From: Macrostomum lignano | Taxonomy: Eukaryota | Assembly (NCBI GenBank): GCA_002269645.1 | Contig: NIVC01000384.1 | Location: 124,001 to 188,000 of the forward strand | Direction: 5' to 3' | Length of the DNA stretch: 64,000 nt | Shown: in pieces, positions 52,554 to 63,943 of the stretch | Layout of the letters: the number at the start of each line of letters is the position of its first letter | Numbering within the stretch: the stretch's first letter is position 1 | Notes under the pieces: model-generated | What the model saw: only the letters and a program-made list of their open reading frames with translations | The model's database searches: none | Told to the model about the DNA's origin: nothing | Position numbers and translations under genes: made by a program

Positions 52554-53152
52554 CAGTAGATTAAGAGAGCTGCAACTTTAAAAAGACTTTTCGCCGGACA
52601 GTAATATTCTCCAAATCGCATTTTCCATTTCAATTAGTTCGAGTCTCCTAAATAATTTATCTTCAGTTTCATTTCTATGTTTTGAGTCTGCCTGCCACGG
52701 GCCAATCAAAATGCGAAGCAGCAGAGAATATTTGATGAGGCGCATCGCCAGTCTCAGCATCCCAGGAGTCCCAATATAGAATATGACTGTTGCGTCACAC
52801 TAAAGACGAGTTCAAAATATTTTAACGACGGTATTTTGTCAGCTGGATTTTCGATATTACTTTGATGGGAAATTTCGGCTTTCAGTCTTAATTTAACTCC
52901 CATAGGAGCCTGCGCGGCGGGTCCTGTGAGAACCGAGAACGGTTCGTGGAATTTTGTTTAAATTTTAAATTCAATTTAGCCAGATGCTGCCAACTGGGAA
53001 TCTGGATGTGACTTATGAATTCTACAGAGAATTTAATTTGATAAAAATGAACTCTTTTAAAAAATGGATTATCTCTAGGAAATCAAAATGACTGGCATAT
53101 ATTTATACGTCTACTAACAGTAATACTGCGTTTTTTATAACCGTTTTTAATA

Positions 53153-54469
53153 AGGGCTGCTTAATAAGTTCGCGGAAAACCAAACTTATCTTCAAGCGAA
53201 TCAAACGAAATTTTATGAACTTTTTCCTTCAGATATTGGCACCTTTCACACAAATTTTCAGCCAGTTTGGCCAAAATGTTGCGACGCAGTGGCCGAAGAA
53301 GTGATGAAACCCCCGCTCCAGTGCTGCGCCTGACTGAGCGCGACAGGCGAGTCGCAATTCTGGTCCAATTCCGGCTTGGCCTGTCTGCCTCCGAATGCTT
53401 GCAGACGCTTAAAAAGGCCCTTGAGAGTGAAGCCCCATCCCAGACGATGGTGTACAAGTGGTTCGGTCGATTCCGCTCCGGCTGTCTGGAGCTGGACGAT
53501 GATGAACGTGAAAGCCGTCCAAATTCGTCCATCTCGGACACGACTGTGGCCAGTGTCCGAAAGCTGCTCGATGCAGACCGCCGAGTGACGATTCGGGAAA
53601 TCGAAAAACATGTCGGGATTTCGGATTCAAGCGTCATTACTATCTTGCACGATCACCTCGGCATGAGGAAGGTGTCAGCTCGCTGGGTCCCTCATCAACT
53701 GAAGCCGGCTCAGATGCAGGCCCGCGTGGATTTTGCGAACTTCATGCTCGACAAGTTCGACGCAGGCGCCTCAAATTTGGTGGACGGCATCCTCACAGGT
53801 GATGAAACGTGGGTGTACTTTTATGATCCCGAGACAAAAGTACAGAGCAAGCAGTGGGTCGCCTTTGAGGAGGATTCGCCCTTGAAATTTCGTCGCGAAC
53901 GAAGCGTCGGCAAAGTGATGGCTGCGGTGTTTTTCCGTCGGTGCGGAATTCTGCCGCCCGTTCTGCTCGAGGAGGGAGCCACAGTGACTGGCAGCTGGTA
54001 CTCCAGTGTCTGCCTGCCGCAGGTGCTGGAATTCCTGCGTCGAGAGCGGCCAAAGACCAGAGATCGCGGCATTTTCCTGCACCACGACAACGCGCCCGCT
54101 CACAGAGCCAGTGTCACGCAGCAGTTCTTGGCATCAACTGAGCTGACTCTGCTGCCGCATCCGGCCTACTCGCCCGACCTCGCGCCTGCAGACTTCTTTC
54201 TCTTTCCGAAGATCAAGAAAAATCTGAAGGGGAAGCGCTTCGACACTCGTGAGGAGCTGGAACAGGCGTTGAATGCGGAGCTGGAAGCCGTCACAAAGGC
54301 GGAATTGAGGGACTGCTTTGCGGCGTGGTTTCATCGGATGAAGAAATGCGTTGATCTGGCTGGGGACTATGTTGAGAAGTGCCATTAGGTTGGGCTAAGT
54401 GTGTGTAAAATTTCACGACTGTGCGATAACTATAAGTATGTTTTTCCGCGAACTTATTAAGCAGCCTGG
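53153..54469 (+). mobile_element. Full-length mariner (Tc1/mariner, D,D34D) DNA transposon in unc-5 intron 7
   Basis: Inverted termini 53155-53189 and 54432-54466 match at 33/35 nt (first 25 perfect). TA at 53151-52 and 54470-71. About 1.3 kb with an uninterrupted transposase ORF. Confidence 0.93.
53276..54388 (+). CDS. Mariner transposase (370 aa from first ATG)
   Basis: HTH region, WVPHQL linker, TGDETW, HHDNAPAH and YSPDLAPADFFLF, with exactly 34 residues between the second and third catalytic Asp. Confidence 0.95.
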   Translation: MLRRSGRRSDETPAPVLRLTERDRRVAILVQFRLGLSASECLQTLKKALESEAPSQTMVYKWFGRFRSGCLELDDDERESRPNSSISDTTVASVRKLLDADRRVTIREIEKHVGISDSSVITILHDHLGMRKVSARWVPHQLKPAQMQARVDFANFMLDKFDAGASNLVDGILTGDETWVYFYDPETKVQSKQWVAFEEDSPLKFRRERSVGKVMAAVFFRRCGILPPVLLEEGATVTGSWYSSVCLPQVLEFLRRERPKTRDRGIFLHHDNAPAHRASVTQQFLASTELTLLPHPAYSPDLAPADFFLFPKIKKNLKGKRFDTREELEQALNAELEAVTKAELRDCFAAWFHRMKKCVDLAGDYVEKCH

Positions 54470-54570
54470 TAATCCTATTTTATTAATGATCACCCGGTTT
54501 TTTAACGCTACTATTCAGGGATTTGATGCCCTATCACTTAAATCATTTGTACTAAATCATAATCGCAATA

Positions 54571-54770
<200 letters not shown>

Positions 54771-54869
54771 CAGATTATCAGTATACTAATACTAATAACA
54801 ATATAATAGTACTAATAGCATCTACAATCGCACTCACTATAGAATAATCATAATAATAATCATATCCAG

Positions 54870-55310
54870 AGCTCCTCCTGCCTCCGGAGACTGGGTTTGG
54901 CAACAACAACGGCACCACTATAAAGAATCCCAACGTGATGGAGATGTCCTATAAGCAGCTGCAGCAGCAGCAGCAGCAGCAGCAGCAGTCGAGTCTGCTT
55001 CAAAGTGAGCAGGCCCTCCGAGTACACCTGCCGATCTCCCAGGCCTACCATCAGCATCCCGCCGCGCTGCATCAGTCCACCAGTCTGCAGTACCGGCCGC
55101 CGAGTTCCGGCGTGTACAGCAACAGCCAGCTGGACGAGAAATGCCCCGGCGACGAGGACGGCATCAGCCGGCCCTGCTCGGCGCTGTACAACGAGCTGTC
55201 GCTGGGGAGTCACGTGACCGCCTCCTTTGTCCCGGCTGGCATCTGCCACGAGCAGCTGGCCTGGGGCAGCATCGGGCCGAGCGGGGGGCGGCTGTGCCTG
55301 CCCGAGGCTG
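54870..55310 (+). CDS. unc-5: unc-5 exon 8, juxtamembrane cytoplasmic region with poly-Q and start of ZU5
   Basis: tatccag|AG acceptor. Ends GSIGPSGGRLCLPEA (ZU5 start motif), then G|GTGAGG. 441 nt, phase 1-1. Confidence 0.9.
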
Positions 55311-55317
55311 GTGAGGC

Positions 55318-55775
55318 TGCCATTGGGAAAAATACCCATTGATCCCATTGGGAAGAATACCCCATTGATCCCATTGGGAAGAATACCGCACTGATCCCAT
55401 TGGGAAGAATACCCATTGATCCCAATTGGAAGAATACCCTATTGATTCCATTGGGAAGAATACCCCATTGATCCCATTGGGAAGAATACCCCATTGATCC
55501 CATTGGGAAGAATACCCCATTGATCCCATTGGGAAGAATACTCCATTGATCCCATTGAGAAGAATACTCCATTGATCCCATTGAGAAGAATACCGCATTG
55601 ACCCCCGTTGCGAAGAACACCTCAAATGATCCCATTGGGAAGAATACCCCATTGATTCCAATGGGAAGAATACCCCATTGATTCCATTGGTAAGAATATC
55701 CCATTGATCCCATTGGGAAGAATATCCTATTGATCCCATTGGGAAGAATATCCTATTGATCCCATTGGGAAGAAT
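55318..55775 (+). repeat. 26 bp minisatellite filling intron 8
   Basis: Unit CCCATTGATCCCATTGGGAAGAATAC. Confidence 0.95.
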
Positions 55776-55853
55776 TCCTGATATTAATACTACAACACCG
55801 ACAAGACGGAACCTATGAGTCATCGCAATCCCAAAATCCCCCGCCAAACCCAG

Positions 55854-56653
55854 GCATCTCCCTGACCATCCCGGCCGGAGCGCTGACCCACTGCGCCGAG
55901 ATTTTCCTGGCCGTCAGCTGCGACAGCCGCGACCGGCCGCACCTGACTGACCGGCAAACTCTGCTCAGCCCCGTCGTTGTCTGCGGCTCCGCGGCCTCCT
56001 CGACCGACTGTCCGGCGCCTGGCCGGTGCGCGATTGTGTCGATGCCGCATGCCGCCGCTCTGCGTCAGGGCTTCTGGAACGTGTCGGTGCTGCACAGCAG
56101 GTGCAACAGCGGCGTCGGTGGCGGCAACGGAGATGTTATCGATGGAGGCATTGGCGGCTGGCAGGAGTACCTGAGAGTCGGCAGCGAGTCGCTGGCATCG
56201 TCGGGCTACTGCCAACTCGACGGAGCGTCCAGCCACCTCATGGCGGACCGGCTTGGCCGCTACTGCCTTGTCGGCGAGTCTCTGGAAGGCGGCAGCGCAG
56301 TCAAGCGGCTCAGCCTGATCGCCTTCGTCTCGTCGGCTGGAGCGACTGTCGCTGGCGGCATCGGCGACTTCTGCCTGAGGCTTCACGTCGTGCCGGACAC
56401 GCCAGATGCGGTTCAGTCGGTGCTGAGCCAGCATCAGCATCAGCATCAGCACCAGCATCAGCATCAGCATCAGCACCAGCATCAGCACCACGACTTCGCT
56501 GGCGCCAGCGTCGGCGCTGTCGGTGACTCAGCCTCCGCCTGGCGGTTGATCGACTCGCCGAAGCAGCTGACGCTGAAGGACAGCGGGGAGCCGTTCTGCT
56601 TCTGCATTGAAGAGCTGTCGCTTGGCTGGCGGAGCAAGTCGAAACGACAGGAG
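55854..56653 (+). CDS. unc-5: unc-5 exon 9, ZU5 and most of UPA domain
   Basis: GISLTIPAGAL..TLLSPVVVCG..SMPHAA..GRYCLVGESL..AVKRLSLIAF..DTPDAV..QE|. cccag| acceptor, GAG|GTTTGT donor. 800 nt, phase 1 to 0. Confidence 0.92.
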
Positions 56654-56719
56654 GTTTGTTGCTATGCTCACGCTTTAGGTATTAGTTTTGCAGGATGGGC
56701 TTGTGGCGAAAGTTGAATT

Positions 56720-57870
56720 TCATGGCCAGACCAAACCGGACAAGACAGACAAAGACACACGCACTCGGACATACAGGAAGAAACAAGGCAGACACACAGC
56801 CAGACACAACCAGAAAAAGATAAATGCACACAGACACACAGGAAGACACATAAGGCAGACACACAGCCAGACCAGACACAGCCAGACACACATAGCTAGA
56901 CACAACCAGACAAAGATAAATTCACACAGACACACAGGAAGACACTAAGCCAGACAGCCAGACACACACCCAGACACAGCCAGACACACACCCAGACAGC
57001 CAGACACACAGCCAGACACACAGCCAGACACAGCCAGACACACACCCAGACACAGCCAGACAAACAGCCAGACACACACCCAGACACACCCAGACAAAGC
57101 CAGACACAGCCAGACACACATAGCTAGACACAACCAGACAAAGATAAATTCACACAGACACACAGGAAGACACTAAGCCAGACAGCCAGACACACACCCA
57201 GACACAGCCAGACACACAGCTAGACACAGCCAGACACACACCCAGACAGCCAGACACACAGCCAGACACACAGACACACAGCCAGACACAGCCAGACACA
57301 CACCCAGACACAGCCAGACACACAGCCAGACACACACCCAGACACACCCAGACAAAGCCAGACACAGCCAGACACACATAGCTAGACACAACCAAAGATA
57401 AATTCACACAGACACACAGGAAGACACTAAGCCAGACAGCCAGACACACACCCAGACACAGCCAGACACACACCCAGACAGCCAGACACACAGCCAGACA
57501 CAGCCAGACACACACCCAGACACAGCCAGACACACAGCCAGACACACACCCAGACACACCCAGACAAAGCCAGACACAGCCAGACACACATAGCTAGACA
57601 CAACCAAAGATAAATTCACACAGACACACAGGAAGACACTAAGCCAGACAGCCAGGCACACAGCCAGACACAGCCAGACACAGCCAGACACAAAGCCAGA
57701 CACACAGCCAGACACACAGCAAGACAGAGCCAGACAGCCAGACACACAGCCAGACACACAGCCAGACACACAGCAAGACAAAGCCAGATAAATACACATG
57801 TATTTGGACACACAGGAAGACACGTACACGTATTAGGCAGAAACACTGACAGACACAGAAACACACAGGC
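56720..57870 (+). repeat. Compound CCAGACACACAG array filling intron 9
   Basis: Short CCAGACA(CA)n units with a recurring ~230 bp higher-order block marked by GGAAGACACTAAG. Confidence 0.93.
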
Positions 57871-58010
57871 AAATGCTCAGAGTGCACAGCAGTTCTGACT
57901 ATTTCTCCTCCTTGTTAAGTGTCAGAGAAGTCCAGAGGGGGTGTCAAAGATTCACAAACTTTACCTTGAAAATCTCAGCTAAAGTTGCTGCTTCACTGCC
58001 TATTCTCCAG

Positions 58011-58190
58011 GTGCCATTCTGCCACCTGTGGAGCGGCCGTCAGCAGGAGTTGCACTGCACATTCAGCCTGGAGCACGTGGACCCGACGAGGCGCAGTCTG
58101 CTCTGCAGAATCGTGGCCTACCAACAGGGCGGCTACAGTGCCAGACAGACTGTCACTGTCACTGCCGGAGAGAACAGCGACGCTGATGCG
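58011..58190 (+). CDS. unc-5: unc-5 exon 10, end of UPA domain
   Basis: VPFCHLWSGRQQELHCTFSLEH matches the UNC5 IPFxHIWxG..LHCTFTLER motif. ttctccag| acceptor, |GTGAGT donor. Phase 0-0. Confidence 0.93.
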
Positions 58191-58244
58191 GTGAGTTGGT
58201 CAGACTGAGGCTTGAGATGCTACAGCTGCTGACAATAGGCCAAG

Positions 58245-59160
58245 GTGACAAGAGAAGAGACCGAGTGAGAGGGGGAGACCAGAGTGACAACAAAAGAGGA
58301 TAGAGTGCCAAGAGTGATAAGAGGGGATACCAGAGTGACAAGAGGAGATACCAGAGTGATAAGAGGGGAGACCAGAGTGACAACAGAAGAGAATACAGTG
58401 CCAAGAGTGATAAGAGGGGAGACCAGAGTGACAACAGAAGAGAATACAGTGCCAAGAGTGATAAGAGGGGAGACCAGAGTGACAAGAGGGGATATCAGGA
58501 GTGACAAGAGTGACAAGGGGGATACCAGAATAACCAGATTGACAAAAGGGGATATCAGAGTGACAAGAGTGACTAGAGAGAGACAGTGACAGAGTGACAA
58601 GAGGGATACCAGAATGACAAGAGTGACAAGAGGGGATACCAGAATGACCAGAGTGACAAGAGGGGATACCAGAATGACCAAGAGTGACAAGAGGGATACC
58701 AGAATGACCAGAGTGACAAGAGGGGATACCAGAATGACAAGAGTGACAAGAGGGGATACCAGAATGACCAGAGTGACAAGAGGGGATACCAGAATGACCA
58801 GAGTGACAAGAGGGATACCAGAATGACCAGAGTGACAAGAGGGGATACCAGAATGACCAGAGTGACAAGAGGGGATACCAGAATGACCAGAGTGACAAGA
58901 GGGGATACCAGAATGACAGAGTGACAAGAGGGGATACCAGAATGACCAGAGTGACAAGAGGGGATACCAGAATGACCAGAGTGACAAGAGGGGATACCAG
59001 AATGACCAGAGTGACAAGAGGGATACCAGAATGACAGAGTGACAAGAGGGGATACCAGAATGACCAGAGTGACAAGAGGGGATACCAGAATGACCAGAGT
59101 GACAAGAGGGGATACCAGAATGACCAGAGTGACAAGAGGGGATACCAGAATGACTAGAGA
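58245..59160 (+). repeat. 30 bp minisatellite filling intron 10
   Basis: Unit GAGTGACAAGAGGGGATACCAGAATGACCA. Confidence 0.94.
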
Positions 59161-59198
59161 CTCTAAACCAGCTCAAAAATTGTTTTCATCTTTTCCAG

Positions 59199-59326
59199 GA
59201 CCAGCCCAACCGCTTCAGCATCGAGTGCAATCCGTTTGCACTCGGAGGAGGCCCGCCGACTTCGTCTTCCTCGATGGACAGCCGCGGCGGCTGCATTCAG
59301 ATCGACCCGACGAACACGGTGTTCAG
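59199..59326 (+). CDS. unc-5: unc-5 exon 11, linker before death domain
   Basis: ttttccag|GAC CAG gives DQPNRFSIECNPFALGGGPPTSSSSMDSRGGCIQIDPTNTVFR, then AG|GTGAGC. Phase 0 to 2, which bridges exons 10 and 12 exactly. Confidence 0.85.
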
Positions 59327-59367
59327 GTGAGCTGGAGGGCTGTGCGCCGTTGGCTCACGTTTGACAA

Positions 59368-59935
59368 TTGGGTCTGTCAGATTTGAACTGGCAATTGTGT
59401 CAGCTGCATGTAGCTTTGAACTGGCAATTGTGTCAGCTACATGTAGCTTTGAACTGGTAATTGTGTCAGCTGCATGTAGCTTTGAACTGGCAATTGTGTC
59501 AGCTGCATGTAGCTTTGAACTGGCAATTGTGTCAGCTACATGTAGCTTTGAACTGGTAATTGTGTCAGCTGCATGTAGCTTTGAACTGGCAATTGTGTCA
59601 GCTGCATGTAGCTTTGAACTGGCAATTGTGTCAGCTGCATGTAGCTTTGAACTGGCAATTGTGTCAGCTGCATGTAGCTTTGAACTGGCAATTGTGTCAG
59701 CTGCATGTAGCTTTGAACTGGTAATTGTGTCAGCTGCATGTAGCTTTGAACTGGCAATTGTGTCAGCTACATGTAGCTTTGAACTGGCAATTGTGTCAGC
59801 TGAATGTAGCTTTGAACTGGCAATTGTGTCAGCTGCATGTAGCTTTGAACTGGCAATTGTGTCAGCTACATGTAGCTTTGAACTGGCAATTGTGTCAGCT
59901 ACATGTAGCTTTGAACTGGCAATTGTGTCAGCTAG
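59368..59935 (+). repeat. 33 bp minisatellite filling intron 11
   Basis: Unit TTTGAACTGGCAATTGTGTCAGCTGCATGTAGC. Confidence 0.97.
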
Positions 59936-59991
59936 AAACGTTTCTTAATTTAATTATCCCAAATGTTAACCCCTGTAAAATCCCATCCCAG

Positions 59992-60250
59992 ACTGCCGCC
60001 AAAGCTGCGCAAAGCGCTCTGCCATTTATTGGACGCGCCAAACGCGCGCGGCAACGACTGGCGCGCCCTGACTCGCCTGCTTGGCGTTGACCGCTACATC
60101 GGCTACTTTGCCAGCAAGCCCAGCCCCACAGCCTGCGTGCTGGACTTGTGGGAGGCCAGGAACAGGGAGGACTCGGCCGTCCGGGATCTGGCCGAGATGC
60201 TGCGCGTGATGAATCGGCCGGAAGTGGCCAGCTTATTAGAGCAGCAGTGA
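59992..60250 (+). CDS. unc-5: unc-5 exon 12, death domain and stop
   Basis: RLPPKLRKALCHLLDAPNARGNDWRALTRLLGVDRYIGYFASKPSPTACVLDLWEAR...*, a classic UNC5 death domain. atcccag| acceptor, phase 2. TGA ends at 60250. Confidence 0.95.
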
Positions 60251-60530
60251 CTGACACAGATCTGAGCACAGGGGGTGTGCTGAAAGTTTATAGCCACAGG
60301 CACAGGTGTGAGCACAGGTCTGAGCACAGGTGTGCTGACAGTTTATAGCCACAGGCACAGGTGTGAGCACAGGTGTGCTGACAGTTTATAGCCACAGGCA
60401 CAGCTGTGAGCACAGGTGTGCTGACAGTTTAAAGCCACAGGCACAGGTGTGAGCACAGGTGTGCTGACAGTTTATAGCCACAGGCACAGGTGTGTGACCG
60501 TTTATAGCCACAGACACAGGTGTGAGCACA
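60251..60530 (+). repeat. 43 bp minisatellite at start of unc-5 3' UTR
   Basis: Unit GCACAGGTGTGCTGACAGTTTATAGCCACAGGCACAGGTGTGA. Confidence 0.9.
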
Positions 60531-61957
60531 TGTATGATGATACTAATTTGATGCTTTAAGTATTGTGAACAATGAAGAAACTATCTAACTTTAAAACACA
60601 GTTTTTAGAGTTCTGATTTGCAGTTCTTTGTATTGAGTTTATATTTTATAGTCTTCTATTTTGTTCATTCTCATCAATTCACAATATGATTTTTAATACA
60701 AACTTTGACCCAATGCATGTATAAACTAAACTAATAATACATTATGCAGTGGGTTCCAAGTTCCAACATCTCTGTAAGCACACATGTGTACAGCCACAGA
60801 CACAGGTGTCACCTATTTTTCACTGAAAACATGCAAAAACACAAGTTCTCGATGTTCTTCTGTTCCTGATTTCCAACAATAGATTTTCAATTGTGAATAT
60901 CGTTTTGAAAACTATAATTTAAATATCATGCATATACTTGTAAACAATTTCAAATCAAGTCTGTTCATTATAAAGTCTGTAAAAAATATGAATGGCTGTT
61001 TTTCTCAATATGTCTGTTGCTTTTGGACCCTTTGACTATCGGATTTAGCTGTACAAAATGTTGAAATATCTACGAGTTATGTGCTTGTTTATCTTTTCAG
61101 TTATAATAGAATGAAAAAATTGGTTTTGTGCAAATTCGCTAATTATGCTAAAGCAATATGGTGTGTATTAATTAACACAATTATTTCACTTGTTAGCTAA
61201 ACCCTCCGCCTTGCCATGCCCCCCGCTTTCGAAAAGTGATTCTAATTTGCGCGCAACCTTCAGCTGTTAATAATAAATATTCAATACTACGAGGATCGAT
61301 ATAAATGTTGATGCGCGGATGCTATGTCGTAACTATCAAACTTTTAATTGTATTTTGGATTTTACTAACTATAGATTAAAATTTGAGTCTAAGGGTTAAG
61401 AATGTTTATCTGATAGAAAGAATGGAGAGTCAATTGGGGGCTTATGTAGCCCGCGTTTTAGAAGTCGTTGTCAAAAATTTTTTTCGTCGATGTCACGCAA
61501 AAGCCATTGTGACTTTTAACGACTCAAACGACTATATGAATGCGATGGGGAAGGGCTACACGAGGCTCTCAGGCGACTCTGACAACCTATACAGTGACAT
61601 CTCATCGTTTTAGAGTCGTCTAGATTCGCTTCTCTCCTATTTTACCTCTGTTGTGTCCCCAAACACTACCATAGACTACTTTTCGTTTTCTATAAACAAA
61701 CTTGACAGTTGACAGTTTTGGCGGCATTTGAATGGGCTTAACTGCACGCAAATGGTTACTACGAGCGTATCTTTATGAAAAGACATATGTATGGTTATCT
61801 ATTTCTCGTTCCAAACAAATTGCCAGGAAAACTACCCAGCAACGCTCCACCCATCTCTCTGCCTTTATCTACCAATAAATGAAACAACCATAAAGACAAG
61901 AGAAGCGGCATTTCCTGAATAAAAGACAACAAATTCCAACAAGTTACAGCAGTTGAT

Positions 61958-61963
61958 TTTATT
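61958..61963 (-). promoter_or_regulatory. Candidate polyadenylation signal of the convergent gene
   Basis: AATAAA on the - strand about 100 nt after the stop at 62062. Confidence 0.5.
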
Positions 61964-62061
61964 GAAAGCTGTTTAATTGACAGCGCAGTAAATGAATTCA
62001 CAAAGATGGAAATGCCATGGCAACGAGTAATTCATAAAACCGCAGATTAACAGTCGTTCAA

Positions 62062-62787
62062 TCATTCAGTCTCCATCGGCTGGTCCTCGGACTTAGCAGC
62101 AACTCGACGTCGCTTTTTAGAATTTTCTTCAACAGTCGCACTAGCTTCAGTTTCCGATGCTCGTTTCTTCTTTTTGTTTCTGGAGTTGCTGGCAGTGGCA
62201 GCAAGTTCAGCCTGGCACGCCTGCAGGCCGCGCCGCAGATCCAGACTCTTTGTGCCAGACCGGATTTGTCGCAGTTGATCAGCCAGCTGAACTCTGGTTG
62301 CAGCTGTTGGAATACCCGCCTGCTGCTTCGGCTGGTGCGATAAACGGCTTTGCCGAAGCAGAGCAGCAGCCAGCTGGAGCAGCGCCGCCAGCAGGTGCGC
62401 CGAGGTCACGCCATTCGGTCCCGTCTCCGTAGACAATCTTTCAAAAGTCCACTCGGACAGTCGGGCATTGAAATCTGCATCGTGGCTCTCAGTTTTGAGG
62501 CTGTTTTTCACCAGGCAGACAGCCAGGCTGATCACAGAGGCCAGATCGTGCGATTTCAACTGCGGGTCGAGCAGCAGGTCGAGCAGGCGAGAGCGCAGGC
62601 CAGACAGGAGGCCGGGCCGCTCAGAGCAGACCCGCTGCCACAGTGCCAGGCCGCCCAGACGAAACCGCTGCTGCTGCTGCTGCTGCTGAGCAGGCGGCGA
62701 CAGCTGATGCGAGAGAGCGTCAGAGAGACGCGACTCAACAGAGCCGGGCCGGATGCGGAGCAAAGCGGAGAGAGCGGCCGCTGCAGT
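62062..62787 (-). CDS. mybbp1a: Terminal exon of the same convergent gene
   Basis: cccttactccacag|ACT acceptor, phase 0. Leu/Ala-rich helical sequence ending in basic NLS/NoLS-like clusters RNKKKKR and KKRRR, then stop. The exon is solid, the identity tentative. Confidence 0.55.
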   Translation of the reverse strand, partial: TAAAALSALLRIRPGSVESRLSDALSHQLSPPAQQQQQQQRFRLGGLALWQRVCSERPGLLSGLRSRLLDLLLDPQLKSHDLASVISLAVCLVKNSLKTESHDADFNARLSEWTFERLSTETGPNGVTSAHLLAALLQLAAALLRQSRLSHQPKQQAGIPTAATRVQLADQLRQIRSGTKSLDLRRGLQACQAELAATASNSRNKKKKRASETEASATVEENSKKRRRVAAKSEDQPMETE

Positions 62788-62944
62788 CTGTGGAGTAAGG
62801 GAGAGTTTGATGACGAAGTGTTGAGACTTTTGAGAGTTAGTCAAAGCTATCAGTATTGGTTCATGACACTTGACTGTAGATAGATTCACTGCATAACATA
62901 AACTTAAAACTAAAAGTCTACACCCAAAAGCAAACCAAAACCCA

Positions 62945-63345
62945 GATCATAACCTAAATCTAAACCATAATCTAAACCTAAACTCAAACCTAAATCCAAG
63001 CCCTGACCTAAACTCAAACCTAAATCCAAGCCCTAACCTAAACTCAAACCTAAATCCAAGCCCTAACCTAAACTCAAACCTAAAACCAAGCCCTAACCTA
63101 AACTCAACCCTAAAACCAAGCCCTAACCTAAACTCAAACCTAAATCCAAGCCCTGACCTAAACTCAAACCTAAATCCAAGCCTTGACCTAAACTCAAAGC
63201 TAAATCCAAGCCCTAACCTAAACTCAAACCTAAATCCAAGCCTTGACCTAAACTCAAAGCTAAATCCAAGCCCTAACCTAAACTCAAACCTAAATCCAAG
63301 CCCTAATCTAAACTCAAACCTAAATCCAAGCCCTAACCTAAACAT
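62945..63345 (+). repeat. 30 bp telomere-like minisatellite in intron of the convergent gene
   Basis: Unit CCCTAACCTAAACTCAAACCTAAATCCAAG. Confidence 0.95.
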
Positions 63346-63508
63346 AAAACTTAAATTGTTGTCAATCAAACGTCTGCCTGTCTGTTGTGTACACCAATGG
63401 CGCCAAAAAAACATTTAAATTTGCCTTTTTCTCAACCAACCGCTGTTCATTTTGTACATTTTTTGTGCCCGAAAAAGGGCCGTTTTAATCATATAACGAC
63501 AGATCTAC

Positions 63509-63943
63509 CTCAGCCAGTTTAGCTGGCAGCGGACTTTTCAAATTGGCCGCCAGCGCAGTCTCGACCGCCTTGGCCAACTCGTCCTCAACAGCCGAATCAG
63601 CAGCAGCTCCCTCCCCGCTGCAGGTCTTTTGCTGCTGCTCTGACGTGGCCGCCCGTTTCAACAGGTTCAGAGACCGCTGACGCAGCTGCTCTCGCTCGCC
63701 GGCTGGTGCAGCGGACCAGAAGCCGCCGCCGCCGCCGCCTCCAGCAGCCAGCAGGGCCAGCCGAGTTAAACAGGCCGCCAGCGACAGGCGGCAGCGAACA
63801 CCGCCAGCCAGCAGCAGCGGCTCCGCCAAGTCCAGCAGGCGGAGCTTCGCTTGACAGCGGCGTCGGCGACGCTCGAGGACGGCGGCGCGATCGCCGCGTC
63901 GACGACCGGGGCCGAGCTGGCTGCGGAAGGCCAGGGACAGCAC
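63509..63943 (-). CDS. mybbp1a: Penultimate exon of convergent gene, tentatively MYB-binding protein 1A / Pol5-like nucleolar protein
   Basis: cattcccag| acceptor at 63944, GAG|GTAGAT donor at 63508, 435 nt, phase 0-0. LSLAFRSQ..RRCQAKLRLLDLAEPLL..EREQL recalls the MYBBP1A LASLFAEQ..RRDFQIRVLDLVEVLV..EQDL segment. From memory, not a database search. Confidence 0.5.

Noticed and set aside
55135-55165. Possible dependence-receptor caspase site (LDEKCPGDEDG)
   Set aside because: No canonical DxxD. GDED-G is only a partial match, so conservation of the vertebrate site cannot be claimed.
61383-61613. 76-aa ORF in the convergent intergenic gap
   Set aside because: TTG start, no motif and no flanking TIRs that I could pair.
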